DNA of 64,000 bases from a virus: IMG/VR virus record IMGVR_UViG_3300037311_000179. The stretch is one strand, 5' to 3'. The notes under the pieces were generated by a model, which was given only the letters and a program-made list of their open reading frames with translations, did no database searches and was not told the DNA's origin. The position numbers and the translations under genes are program-made. Below, piece after piece: positions 47,328 to 55,971 of the stretch; positions within the stretch are counted from its first letter, which is position 1, and each line of letters starts with the position of its first letter.

Positions 47328-50012
47328 CCTTGGTGTGCATCGGGCCGACTCGGCAAGCGCCGCGACGCCTTGCCTTACAGACGGCTCATCGTCGCCTGTA
47401 TAAGAGCCCACCAGCAGATTCGAACTGCTGTGTTCCCGATATGGGCTAAGTTCCTTGGATTGAATAGCAGCGCGACGCTGGACCAAGGGTTGCATTGCGC
47501 CGAGTTATCCGAAATCAAACGTTCGAGCGACACCTTGGATTGCAACGCGAGGCTAGGCATTGGGAGGCACGAGCACGCCGCGGTTGGATGATTCTGAACG
47601 ATGCCTTGGATTAGTATGGATGACCGCACACAGGCGAGCGCTGCCGGGCGCAGCCGCCAATGCAGAGATCAATTCCTTGGATTGCAACGCGAGGCGAGGC
47701 GCTGGATCGCGGAGCGCCGACTCGCGCCGTGTGGTATCGAAATTTTCCTTGGATTGCATTGCACAGGACCGCAATGACCTGCGACACACTGCCACGCCTA
47801 ACGTCGATCGGCACCGGAGTGCAGACTCAGACCACCCGAACCTCACCAGAGATCCGGCTTTATCCTTGGAGCTCATTGCTCAGCCCTAGATTTCCCAGGA
47901 GGGGACTGCGGAGCATGGATATGTAGATGCTACTCAAATTCTCTTCTCGTATCAACCTTGGATTTCCATGTACTGCTCCAGAGCGCATCGGTTCGACCCG
48001 AATCGGATCGCACGGATTCATTTGATATCGAATAGCCTTGGATTGCTGCGGCGCAGGACGGTGCGGGCCGCCGCGACACGCAAGAAGTGAGTGATGTGTC
48101 TACTGGATCGCCGTTGTGCCAGCGAACGGCATTGCAAGAGATTGCCTTGGGATAGGACGCGACGCATCGCCCCGTAAACCGCGACGCTGCCGGATAAAGA
48201 CGATGATCCTGACAATTCCAGAATGAAGGTCCCTTGGATTGCGTTGACTCGGGAAGAATCGCGCTGCGAAGGACAGCAGAGGCAAGCGTTGAAAGTCTGA
48301 AATTGCGTCGATAGTACCGAGAGCGATTCCTTGGATTGGATGGGGTCGACACGGAGAGACTCGGGCAGCTAAGACCAGCCACGACTCGCGATGTACGCAT
48401 TCGAACAATATACGATTGGACGCTATTGCGTCTGTAACAGCCGCCTTGGATTACACAACAACGCCGTAGCAGGGACAGCGACGGATCGGAATGCGGATGA
48501 TGTCTCGACGCTCTTGTGTCTGGAGTAATTGCCTTGGATTGCAACGCGCAGCAAGAGGAGGAGCTGCCACGGATGACGTCGCTGCGGACCAGTCGTTCGT
48601 AGAATTTACCTTGGAATAGGTAGCTGGTGACTTGCAACGGGATACGATGCAGCGGCTCGCGACACTTTGAATTGCCATATCGGATGAGACGGCTGCATGC
48701 CTCGTGATTCTAAAACCTTGCTTTGCTCAGACGCGCAATGCTTCGGAAAGCCATAGGGAGGCGGGCGAAGCAACGCGCAGTATCATCGAATTCAAGCCTT
48801 GCCGTGCTGAGGGAAGGGTCAGATCGCGCAGACTCGCCCCGCGCCAGACCGTTTTCGGAAATAGTCATCCTTGCAATGCGAAACAAAAGAGCGGCTGGCA
48901 TCGCCTCGGACAGCATCGGCCCGTGAGTAGTCTACAACAATCCCGTGGAGTGCAGAAGGCTGCCTGAGTTTGCGCCGCCCCGCACCGACAGCGGCGTGAA
49001 TTCCATGTGATCCTTGGATTGATTCGCATTGGGCGGCTGCGGCGCAGGGGGCACAGGATAGGGCGGCACAGCAGCTCCCGGCAGCGATCGAAAACAATGC
49101 CTTGAAATGCAATGGGCTGCCTGAGCGCAGCGATGCGCTGCGACGCAATACGTCTGGAAGTCTCGACACGCATGATCCTTGGACTGCTACGCACTGGCTG
49201 GCACCGCGTCGCCTTACCGTGCAACAGGGTGCCACGATCTGCGCGTCTAAACGTCATGCAATTATCCTTGGAATACCGCGCAGCGGCTAGCCTCGACAGG
49301 CCGAGGGTGGCCTCGCGATGCCCATTCATTGATCACGCTACTCCGCGTACGCAGCGCAACAAGGATGACGAGACTCAGGCTTCGCAGTGCCGGTGGGGAA
49401 GATGAGATTTCAGAGATCTAAGGCGCTCGCAGAACGAACGCTCGATGCGTCGAAATGCCTTGATTAGCTATGGGGCGGGCGACTACGCCGCGCAGATGTC
49501 GGTGCCGTAATTCTTTATTCGAAGACTTGATTTGCCGTAGAGGAGATTGCCACGCGAAGCGGTGGTAGGCACTGTGATTCTGTTTTCTAGAATCCTTGGC
49601 TCGCCGCGCACAAGGCTGCCTCGCCGGAGCTGGGATGGCCGTGTGGTGCTAGCTCTCGGAGCCTCTCCTTACAGAAACTCATGATTTATCGCAACACCTT
49701 GGATTGCCATGCAACAGTATGCTTGGCCGGAGTGGGGAGGACCTAGTGTTTCCTGTTCTAAACCATTGCCTTGCAGCACCACAGCACGCATAGCCTGAGC
49801 GCGCGTTACGCCGCCCCACGATACATGGCTGCGATCTACATCCGTTTTATTCGTTTATCCTTGGATTGAATTGGATCGCCGCGCCAAGCGTGACCCGGCG
49901 CTGGGGGAGGCAGGTGATCGCTGCTTGATATCTCGACCCGTTATCACAGAAACCTTGGAGCGCATTGCGCGGACGTGGCGTACGCAGGCTCGCGATGCGC
50001 AGGATTGAGCAG
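47328..50012 (-). ncRNA. non-CRISPR guide-RNA-like array: about 30 units of Y(G/C)Y-NN pentamer runs ending in CAATCCAAGG (VIPR-like)
   Basis: CCTTGG (+) found at 47328, 47453, 47533, 47604, 47675, 47747, 47864, 47956, 48036, 48145, 48232, 48329, 48444, 48532, 48609, 49012, 49177, 49266, 49594, 49697, 49859, 49953, with variants near 48716, 48797, 48869, 48943, 49100, 49458, 49525, 49769; spacing mostly 69-117 nt; purine at every 5th base in phase with the anchor for about 10-15 periods; no credible ORF. The repeat is seen directly; RNA function is inferred. Confidence 0.8.
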
Positions 50013-50023
50013 AATTTGATCCG

Positions 50024-50782
50024 TCAGCCTTCGGACGACGGCTGATCCGTCTTCGCTCCCTTCTCGCGCGAGGGACGGGTTCTCTTCGGCGTCCCTTCGG
50101 CCTTGGCGCTCTCGCCGTCCTTGGTGTCGATCTGGCTGCGATGAAGCGTCCAGTTGTCGACGCGGAAGCGTCCGTAGGGACCCTTCTTCTGGGGCCGAAA
50201 GTCTCCGAGCCCGATCTCGTTGCCCGCGCGATCGACGATCTCGCGGACGGTCCGCTCCTGGTACTCTCGCAGGTTCGCTTCGATCACGAAGCGAAGCGCC
50301 CACCGATCGAACTGCGGGCGGCAGATACCGACGGCTTGGCCGCCGTTGGGGTTGGTGCCCTTCATGAGCGACATGACCCATGAAGCCTCTTGCGTGTTGT
50401 CCGCGGGATCGATCACCCGCGTGTACTCGCCGGAGAGGGTCATGATCGCCGCGAGCTTGCTGGAGTCCGCCGTCGAGACCTGCTTCTTGCCGTCGAGACG
50501 AACCGAACGACCAGCTTCGGCGAACGCGGAGAACAGGTTGCGCATCGGGATGCTGATGCGGCCGTCGGCGTCGCGGTAGATCTTCTCTTGGCACTGCTGG
50601 TCTGGATCGAGCTTCGGCGCGTTCTTGGACGGCTTCTCGCCGGTGACGAGCGTCATGAGGGCTTCCTGGCTCATGCGGTTCATGAGCAGAGGCGAGATGC
50701 CGACGAGATAGACCTCGATGAACGTCGTGCCGTTGCGTCCGCGAGTGGTGCCGAGGTTTTCTGGTGCGTTTCCGTCCATCAT
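50024..50782 (-). CDS. stand-alone Cas7/RAMP-like protein (Vipr-like)
   Basis: IEVYLVGISPLLMN (RAMP beta-1), DADGRISIPMRNLFSAFAEAG (RAMP IPgSslKG-like), RPQFDRWALRF, Gly-rich loop AGNEIGLGDFRPQKKGPYGRF; AAGGA SD before ATG 50782. Confidence 0.8.
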   Translation of the reverse strand: MMDGNAPENLGTTRGRNGTTFIEVYLVGISPLLMNRMSQEALMTLVTGEKPSKNAPKLDPDQQCQEKIYRDADGRISIPMRNLFSAFAEAGRSVRLDGKKQVSTADSSKLAAIMTLSGEYTRVIDPADNTQEASWVMSLMKGTNPNGGQAVGICRPQFDRWALRFVIEANLREYQERTVREIVDRAGNEIGLGDFRPQKKGPYGRFRVDNWTLHRSQIDTKDGESAKAEGTPKRTRPSREKGAKTDQPSSEG

Positions 50783-50868
50783 GGGTTCCTTGGGGTGGTT
50801 GGTTGAAACAATCGAACAACCCAACCATGCACCATCGAAGGCGAGTATGGAACCCTCCGAAATCGATA

Positions 50869-51717
50869 TCAGTAGGGCCTGTAATTCGAGATGTAGTCCG
50901 TGCAGATCTTCTCGAAAAACGAATTCGTATCCGCGATGGATGGAAGCACCCCCATGATTGGTAGCGCTGCCTTCGATTCGTCTTTTCTCATCCGTCGCAT
51001 GAAGCTGTCGTAGACACCCTGATGAAGTTGATCCGCCGCCTTTCTGAACGTTTCGAACGCAACATCATCGCTGGCGTCCAGCTTCCAGAAGATCCCCCTC
51101 ATGAACCACGCGAGCGCCAACGATCCAGGAAACGGTTGATACTGAATCTCCGCCATTTCAGCCAATATCGCATTGGCGGCGCTCTCGAACTGCCTGATGT
51201 TTCTGAAGTCGATCTCGTCCTCCTCGTACAACTCAAGCAGTTGAAGCGACTCCTGGATGAACGATACGATGATCTGCGACTGATCCTCCTCGAAGGTCAG
51301 CGGGTGGTAAATCTCGCGGTGCTCATCGTAGGACTTGAGCAGCATGGCCCTGACGCACCCTACTCCGAGCAGGTCGTTGTAGGAGATCAGACTGGCGACG
51401 AACGTTCCCAGATTCAGTTTGCGGAAATGATCGAAGATCGTCTGCCTTGCCGCGTCCGCGCCAGCCTCGCCGTGGTCCCTGTAGATGCTGCTCAGTCGCA
51501 CATCGAGATCCAGAATACGCGGCTTTCCCAGCGTGAACTGGCTCTCCAATTCCAGCAAATCGTCAACTGCCTCCGGCTCGACGAACTGAGCAGCTAGCAG
51601 CACCCAGATCTGAGAAAGGCATCCGATCTCCAGCCCCTTCTGAACGTTCGGATGGCCCTCGATCTTCTCGTAGATGCTGGCATTCACCAGCGGGTATTCT
51701 GGCAATGGTTGATTCAT
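50869..51717 (-). CDS. hypothetical protein, probable remote member of the paralog family
   Basis: VLLAAQFVEPEAVDDL / HGEAGADAARQTI / LISYNDLLGVGC align by eye with VLCAAIVDPANAEDA / RGATGIDLALQI / IITWDRLVGVWC. Confidence 0.55.
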   Translation of the reverse strand: MNQPLPEYPLVNASIYEKIEGHPNVQKGLEIGCLSQIWVLLAAQFVEPEAVDDLLELESQFTLGKPRILDLDVRLSSIYRDHGEAGADAARQTIFDHFRKLNLGTFVASLISYNDLLGVGCVRAMLLKSYDEHREIYHPLTFEEDQSQIIVSFIQESLQLLELYEEDEIDFRNIRQFESAANAILAEMAEIQYQPFPGSLALAWFMRGIFWKLDASDDVAFETFRKAADQLHQGVYDSFMRRMRKDESKAALPIMGVLPSIADTNSFFEKICTDYISNYRPY

Positions 51718-51742
51718 CCCCCCGTCTGTACCACGGCCTGAA

Positions 51743-54700
51743 CTACTGCGAGGGGATCTTGACCTCGCAGACCTCTCCGTCGCAGTACCGATCTTCGCGC
51801 CCCTCGTCGTGAGTAGGACCTCGCAGTGCGCCGAAGTCCATCGGACGCAGGCTGGATGTCGCCGCGTAGTACTCGGCCTCGGAGATTGGCGTGTACGGAG
51901 CCTGAATGTACCCCGCGTCGCTCATGGGCAGGAAGCTGCACGTCTTCCATCGATCGGAGAACATCGCGAGCACCCGGCGAACCTCAGCCGTCTCCTCGGG
52001 GCGGAACGACAGCGTGACCGAGACCATGTTGTCGCTCCAATACGTTTGGAGCATCGTCAGTACTTCGGCCTTTTCCCAGATCGAGACCTCGCTATCCGTT
52101 CGGGTCTTGCTTTCGATCTTGACCGGGAAGTACGCGACCGAAGTACTCGGAGCGTAGAAGTCCTGCTCGATTCGATACCCCGCGGCCCGAAGCACTTCGA
52201 GCAGAGGGTTGCCGTGGTCGATGCGCACGAGCCGGTAGTAGAATTTCGCGGTCGGCCACTTCATGCCGCCCTCGACATTCCACAGGAGCGGCGATGTCCC
52301 TCCCGGCTTCACCGAGGTCAACCTCACGGAGCGTCCAACGCCCATCCAAGAGCTGTACTCTTCGTCGAGCTCGCGAAGGAATCGATACCCCTCGTCGAGC
52401 CAGCGCCGGGTCTCCTGCGCCCCCAGTCGGTCGTACAGATCCGCGATGCCCGCAGTGGAGATCCCGAGCCGGTGGTTGCGAGCCATCACCGCGTTGGCCT
52501 TGGGATCGTGGGTGGGAATGCACGAAATCGTCTTGCCGAGGACGTAGGCGTACTTGAGCGAGCGCTTCCAGTCTTCGAGCGAATCGTGCCTCGACGGGAA
52601 TGTCTCCGGCACGTTGCAGAGCTCGTGATGTTCGAGACCGATCTCGCCGCAGTTGTGGACGACGATGCCGTTTCCGACGAACGAAGACGTCGATGGTTCA
52701 GTGAGATCGTATACGTCCTCGACGCCGCACTCGTAGAGCGACTCCAGTTCCGATGTGAACGGCTCCGTCTTCACCGCGCGAGATTTCTTTGAGAGCAATT
52801 GCGCCAAGAACCGATCCATGTTCTTCGACAAAAAACCGATCTCCTCTGCGAAACGATCGAGACTACCGCCCCGAATCGAAAGATCGCAGCATGTGATGTC
52901 TCCGTTTTGCTCTGCGGAATACGCCGGAGCCGTAGAGAATGTCCGCTTGGTGCTGGAGAAGATCCTGAAATTCAGCAGGATTTGCTGAATCTTTCGGGCG
53001 GTATCAACGGTGAGAAACGCAAACGAAAGCGTCGGACCTTCCGTGTAGTCGAGATAGACTCGACCACCTGCGGTGAACATGGCTTCGAGGAATCCTCTCT
53101 GAAAGTCGCGCGTGCCTCGCCAGAGCAATTCTTCATTTCTGACGAAGCTGAGGTCTCGGAGATGAGGGTGTCTCAGAAATTGGCAGTCCGCTTCATCCTC
53201 TTTCGTGCGAGCGCTCAAATCGCCGGACGCACGCCAGAAGCGCGTGAGCACTGTCGATCTGTGCTCCGCTGACCTCCCCCGGAAGCGAAGCTCCTGCGTT
53301 TCGCCGTCATCCCCGCCGGTGCCAGCCATCCATCCTGCCACCACGCCGGAATCGTAATCGCCGAGATCTCCGAATGCTCCTTCGGTCGATGCGATATGGA
53401 TCAAATCCCACTCTTGGAGCTTGCACGCTTCGACCCATCCACGAGACGTCATCACGCGATGATCCGCAGTGAGGCGCAGCGCGTATCCGTCGGTCGTGGT
53501 CAAGCGATAGACCATCTTCGATCCAGTGAGGAAAGCTCCCGACTCGGTTGTCGATCCCTTCGGCCTGCCGGTCCGCAAGTCCAGGACAAGATCGCGCTGC
53601 ACACCGACCAAAGAGTCGATCCTCTCCATGCCCCGAGACGTCATCACGCGGGTATCGCCAGTGACGCACGGGTTCACCAGGATCACCCGCTCGTTTCCGG
53701 GCATCGGAGGATCTGCGAGTCGGCCGCGCTTCTGGATGCGATCCATCCAAACGTTTCCGGGCTCGCCGTTCCGATCGCGTGCCTCTGCGATCCGGCTGAA
53801 GTCTGTGCCCTCTTCAGAGAGGACCGCGTTGTTTGAGGCCCAGCGATGCGTCGAGAGCGGGTGAGCCCACTCCAGGGCCGAGAGACGTTGCCATTCCTCG
53901 TCCGCAGCGTACGCAGCGTCGATCTCGGCGTTGATCTCGTTCAGACGCCTCTGTTTCTCGGCGACCGCTTCCGGCGAGAATTCGGTGGCGTGAACCAGTT
54001 CGTAAGCGAGATCGGTCTTCTCGTTGTACTTCTCTTCGTTTGCAGCCGCAGCCAACCTCCACTCGTTCCTGACGTGGATTTCGCGCATCACCCTGCGCCG
54101 CCGGAGGTCTCGCAGCTCGGTGTCGTCCTTGAGCGCGATGAAATCGTCGTCATTGATCTCGCCGATGATGATCTCGGAGGACCGGCGATTGCCCCCGGCC
54201 ACGACGCAGACTCCGATCATGTTCGCGATGTCAGCGATCATCGAGCTCGTGATCACCTTGCCGACGTGAGGCGAGAGCAGCGCTTCTACTTCGCGCAGCA
54301 GCCGCCGCAGAGGCTCTGGACCTCCCGACCTGCCACCGAACGACATGAGCGGCGCTCCGGCCGGTCTGATGAGCGACAGATCGTATCTGCGGGGCACTTC
54401 AGCACCATGGCCGTACCCACGCAGCAGCACGCCCAGCGCCTCCACCCATCCCTCGCGCGAATCCTTGACGACGAAAACCTCTTCCGTCACTCGCGGCTGC
54501 TGGATCGTCAGCGTCCCCTCCCCGCGCACATCGGTGCCGACACCTGCGCCGCACATCAGCAGGTCCATCATCCAGCAGAACGGCTCGGCGAAGTCGTCTG
54601 CGATGAATTTCGTGGAAACGGCTGCGCAGTTGAAAAGTGGTGCCGATCCCTTCTCTTCGAGCGCCTTGGTCCCGAGGAACCAAAGCATTCGCCCCGAGCC

Positions 54701-55057
54701 GGTGAATTTCCCCTGCCAGTACCGCGTGAAGAACTCCTCCGCGTGCCGGTGCGCGATGCTCTCTTCCCAGTGCTGCCCGAGGAGCTTGAGCTGCTGTCGC
54801 TGGCGCGAGTAGATCTCCTCGGTGTTCCGCTGGCAGACCTCCCACCACTCTTCACTGCCCTCCGTCGGCAGCCCGAACTTTTCGCGCTGCCACTTCTGCT
54901 CTTCGGTCAGATCTCGCGCGTAGGTGCGCTTGAAAACTGGGTACCCGACCGGACCCCACTCCGGCTGCTTTCCCGCGAACTGCCGAAGAAACGTCTCGCG
55001 CAATCGGAAACGAAACTTCGGGAACAGTGGGGCCACGTAGTCAATTCGCTCGTCCAT
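51743..55057 (-). CDS. nrdJ: class II (B12-dependent) ribonucleotide reductase with intein
   Basis: VFKRTYAR, GSGRMLW, LFNCA, LMCGAGVG, VVAGGNRRSSEI, WASNN, NP|CGEI after intein removal, TSVKPGGT, WSDNMVSVT. Confidence 0.92.
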   Translation of the reverse strand: MDERIDYVAPLFPKFRFRLRETFLRQFAGKQPEWGPVGYPVFKRTYARDLTEEQKWQREKFGLPTEGSEEWWEVCQRNTEEIYSRQRQQLKLLGQHWEESIAHRHAEEFFTRYWQGKFTGSGRMLWFLGTKALEEKGSAPLFNCAAVSTKFIADDFAEPFCWMMDLLMCGAGVGTDVRGEGTLTIQQPRVTEEVFVVKDSREGWVEALGVLLRGYGHGAEVPRRYDLSLIRPAGAPLMSFGGRSGGPEPLRRLLREVEALLSPHVGKVITSSMIADIANMIGVCVVAGGNRRSSEIIIGEINDDDFIALKDDTELRDLRRRRVMREIHVRNEWRLAAAANEEKYNEKTDLAYELVHATEFSPEAVAEKQRRLNEINAEIDAAYAADEEWQRLSALEWAHPLSTHRWASNNAVLSEEGTDFSRIAEARDRNGEPGNVWMDRIQKRGRLADPPMPGNERVILVNPCVTGDTRVMTSRGMERIDSLVGVQRDLVLDLRTGRPKGSTTESGAFLTGSKMVYRLTTTDGYALRLTADHRVMTSRGWVEACKLQEWDLIHIASTEGAFGDLGDYDSGVVAGWMAGTGGDDGETQELRFRGRSAEHRSTVLTRFWRASGDLSARTKEDEADCQFLRHPHLRDLSFVRNEELLWRGTRDFQRGFLEAMFTAGGRVYLDYTEGPTLSFAFLTVDTARKIQQILLNFRIFSSTKRTFSTAPAYSAEQNGDITCCDLSIRGGSLDRFAEEIGFLSKNMDRFLAQLLSKKSRAVKTEPFTSELESLYECGVEDVYDLTEPSTSSFVGNGIVVHNCGEIGLEHHELCNVPETFPSRHDSLEDWKRSLKYAYVLGKTISCIPTHDPKANAVMARNHRLGISTAGIADLYDRLGAQETRRWLDEGYRFLRELDEEYSSWMGVGRSVRLTSVKPGGTSPLLWNVEGGMKWPTAKFYYRLVRIDHGNPLLEVLRAAGYRIEQDFYAPSTSVAYFPVKIESKTRTDSEVSIWEKAEVLTMLQTYWSDNMVSVTLSFRPEETAEVRRVLAMFSDRWKTCSFLPMSDAGYIQAPYTPISEAEYYAATSSLRPMDFGALRGPTHDEGREDRYCDGEVCEVKIPSQ
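52652..53668 (-). mobile_element. intein (339 aa) with LAGLIDADG-like homing endonuclease remnant
   Basis: Begins CVTGDTRV, block B LRLTADHRV, ends VYDLT..SFVGNGIVVHN before extein Cys; internal GVVAGWMAGTGG and GFLEAMFTAGG blocks. Confidence 0.92.
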
Positions 55058-55067
55058 GTCGTCTCCT

Positions 55068-55886
55068 CTATTTCAGATAGATCACGGGCAATCCGATTGC
55101 CAGCTTCTGATTTTCGTCGAGATTGTTCTCCAGGCCACACTTGTTGCAGTTCATATCAAGCGTGGCCCGCGTCAGTTCTTCGTCCGTCGAGTAGATCGTC
55201 CCGATCTTCCAGCACTCGTTCGACTCCCCCGCGTGGATCGAGCCGTCCCACGAGATCGAGGGCGAGCACATACTCCACATCTTGCCTGTTTTGAAGGCCA
55301 TTGTGGCGGAGTACGTGCGCATGAAGCGGATGGCCGACGCCACGCTGCCCTGGCTGCGGACGAGCGATCGGAAGTTGAACGACGTCGGATGCTTGAGCGT
55401 CCTCAGAGATCCGTCATCCGTCGCTTTCTTCTGCTTTCGCTCCGTCAGCCTTCCGAGCGGCAGAAGAGCGGTCAGAGACTCCACGTAGGAGACCCGTGGA
55501 TCGTCGATTCGCACGGGCCGAAGCGCCTCTGGGCAGAATCTCGGATCGTGCGTCACCTGCACGAAAACCTGAGAGCCTTTCGCGAGAATGGCGTTTCGAA
55601 CCTTCGGGTTGGAGAGCCATTGCCCATTGGTGATGATGAGCGGAATGAGCTCCATCCCCCTGACGACCTCTACCAAGTCCACGAAATTCGGGTGCTCGGA
55701 GCACTCTCCGCCGCTGATGAGAACGACCTTGGGTGCCCCCAGAGCCCACGCGGGAACTTCCATTTTGTGCGTCCACTCGATCGCGTCGACGAATGTGTCC
55801 GCGCTCATGTGCTCGCCTTGGACCGTGGAATTCTCCATGCAGTGCGAGCACCCCGCGGAACAGTAGTTGGTGATTTTGATGAGCAT
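55068..55886 (-). CDS. radical SAM protein
   Basis: ITNYCSAGCSHCME (CxxxCxxC), LISGGECSEHP, IITNG; SPASM/twitch-like CSPSISWDGSIHAG..NCNKC. Confidence 0.85.
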   Translation of the reverse strand: MLIKITNYCSAGCSHCMENSTVQGEHMSADTFVDAIEWTHKMEVPAWALGAPKVVLISGGECSEHPNFVDLVEVVRGMELIPLIITNGQWLSNPKVRNAILAKGSQVFVQVTHDPRFCPEALRPVRIDDPRVSYVESLTALLPLGRLTERKQKKATDDGSLRTLKHPTSFNFRSLVRSQGSVASAIRFMRTYSATMAFKTGKMWSMCSPSISWDGSIHAGESNECWKIGTIYSTDEELTRATLDMNCNKCGLENNLDENQKLAIGLPVIYLK

Positions 55887-55971
55887 CGTAGCGTCTCCTG
55901 AGCCGGAGACACTGCCACAACTCGACGCTCTATCCGAGCTCAGAGTGAGGCTATCGATCGCATACTCCCCG

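Noticed and set aside
47298-49405. ORFs inside the array (e.g. 47930-48637, 48819-49235, 48865-49329)
   Set aside because: Translations are R/C/A/S-rich by-products of the pentamer repeat, lack RBS and domain motifs, and overlap in several frames.
47328-50012. Canonical CRISPR array
   Set aside because: The conserved element is only 6-10 nt, not a 23-50 nt repeat; unit lengths vary from about 69 to 117 nt; the 'spacers' are internally 5-nt periodic; no cas1/cas2/cas6.
47328-50782. TIGR-Tas or other Nop-domain guide system
   Set aside because: The adjacent protein shows RAMP motifs, not a Nop domain or RuvC/HNH; no box C/D-like paired motifs seen.
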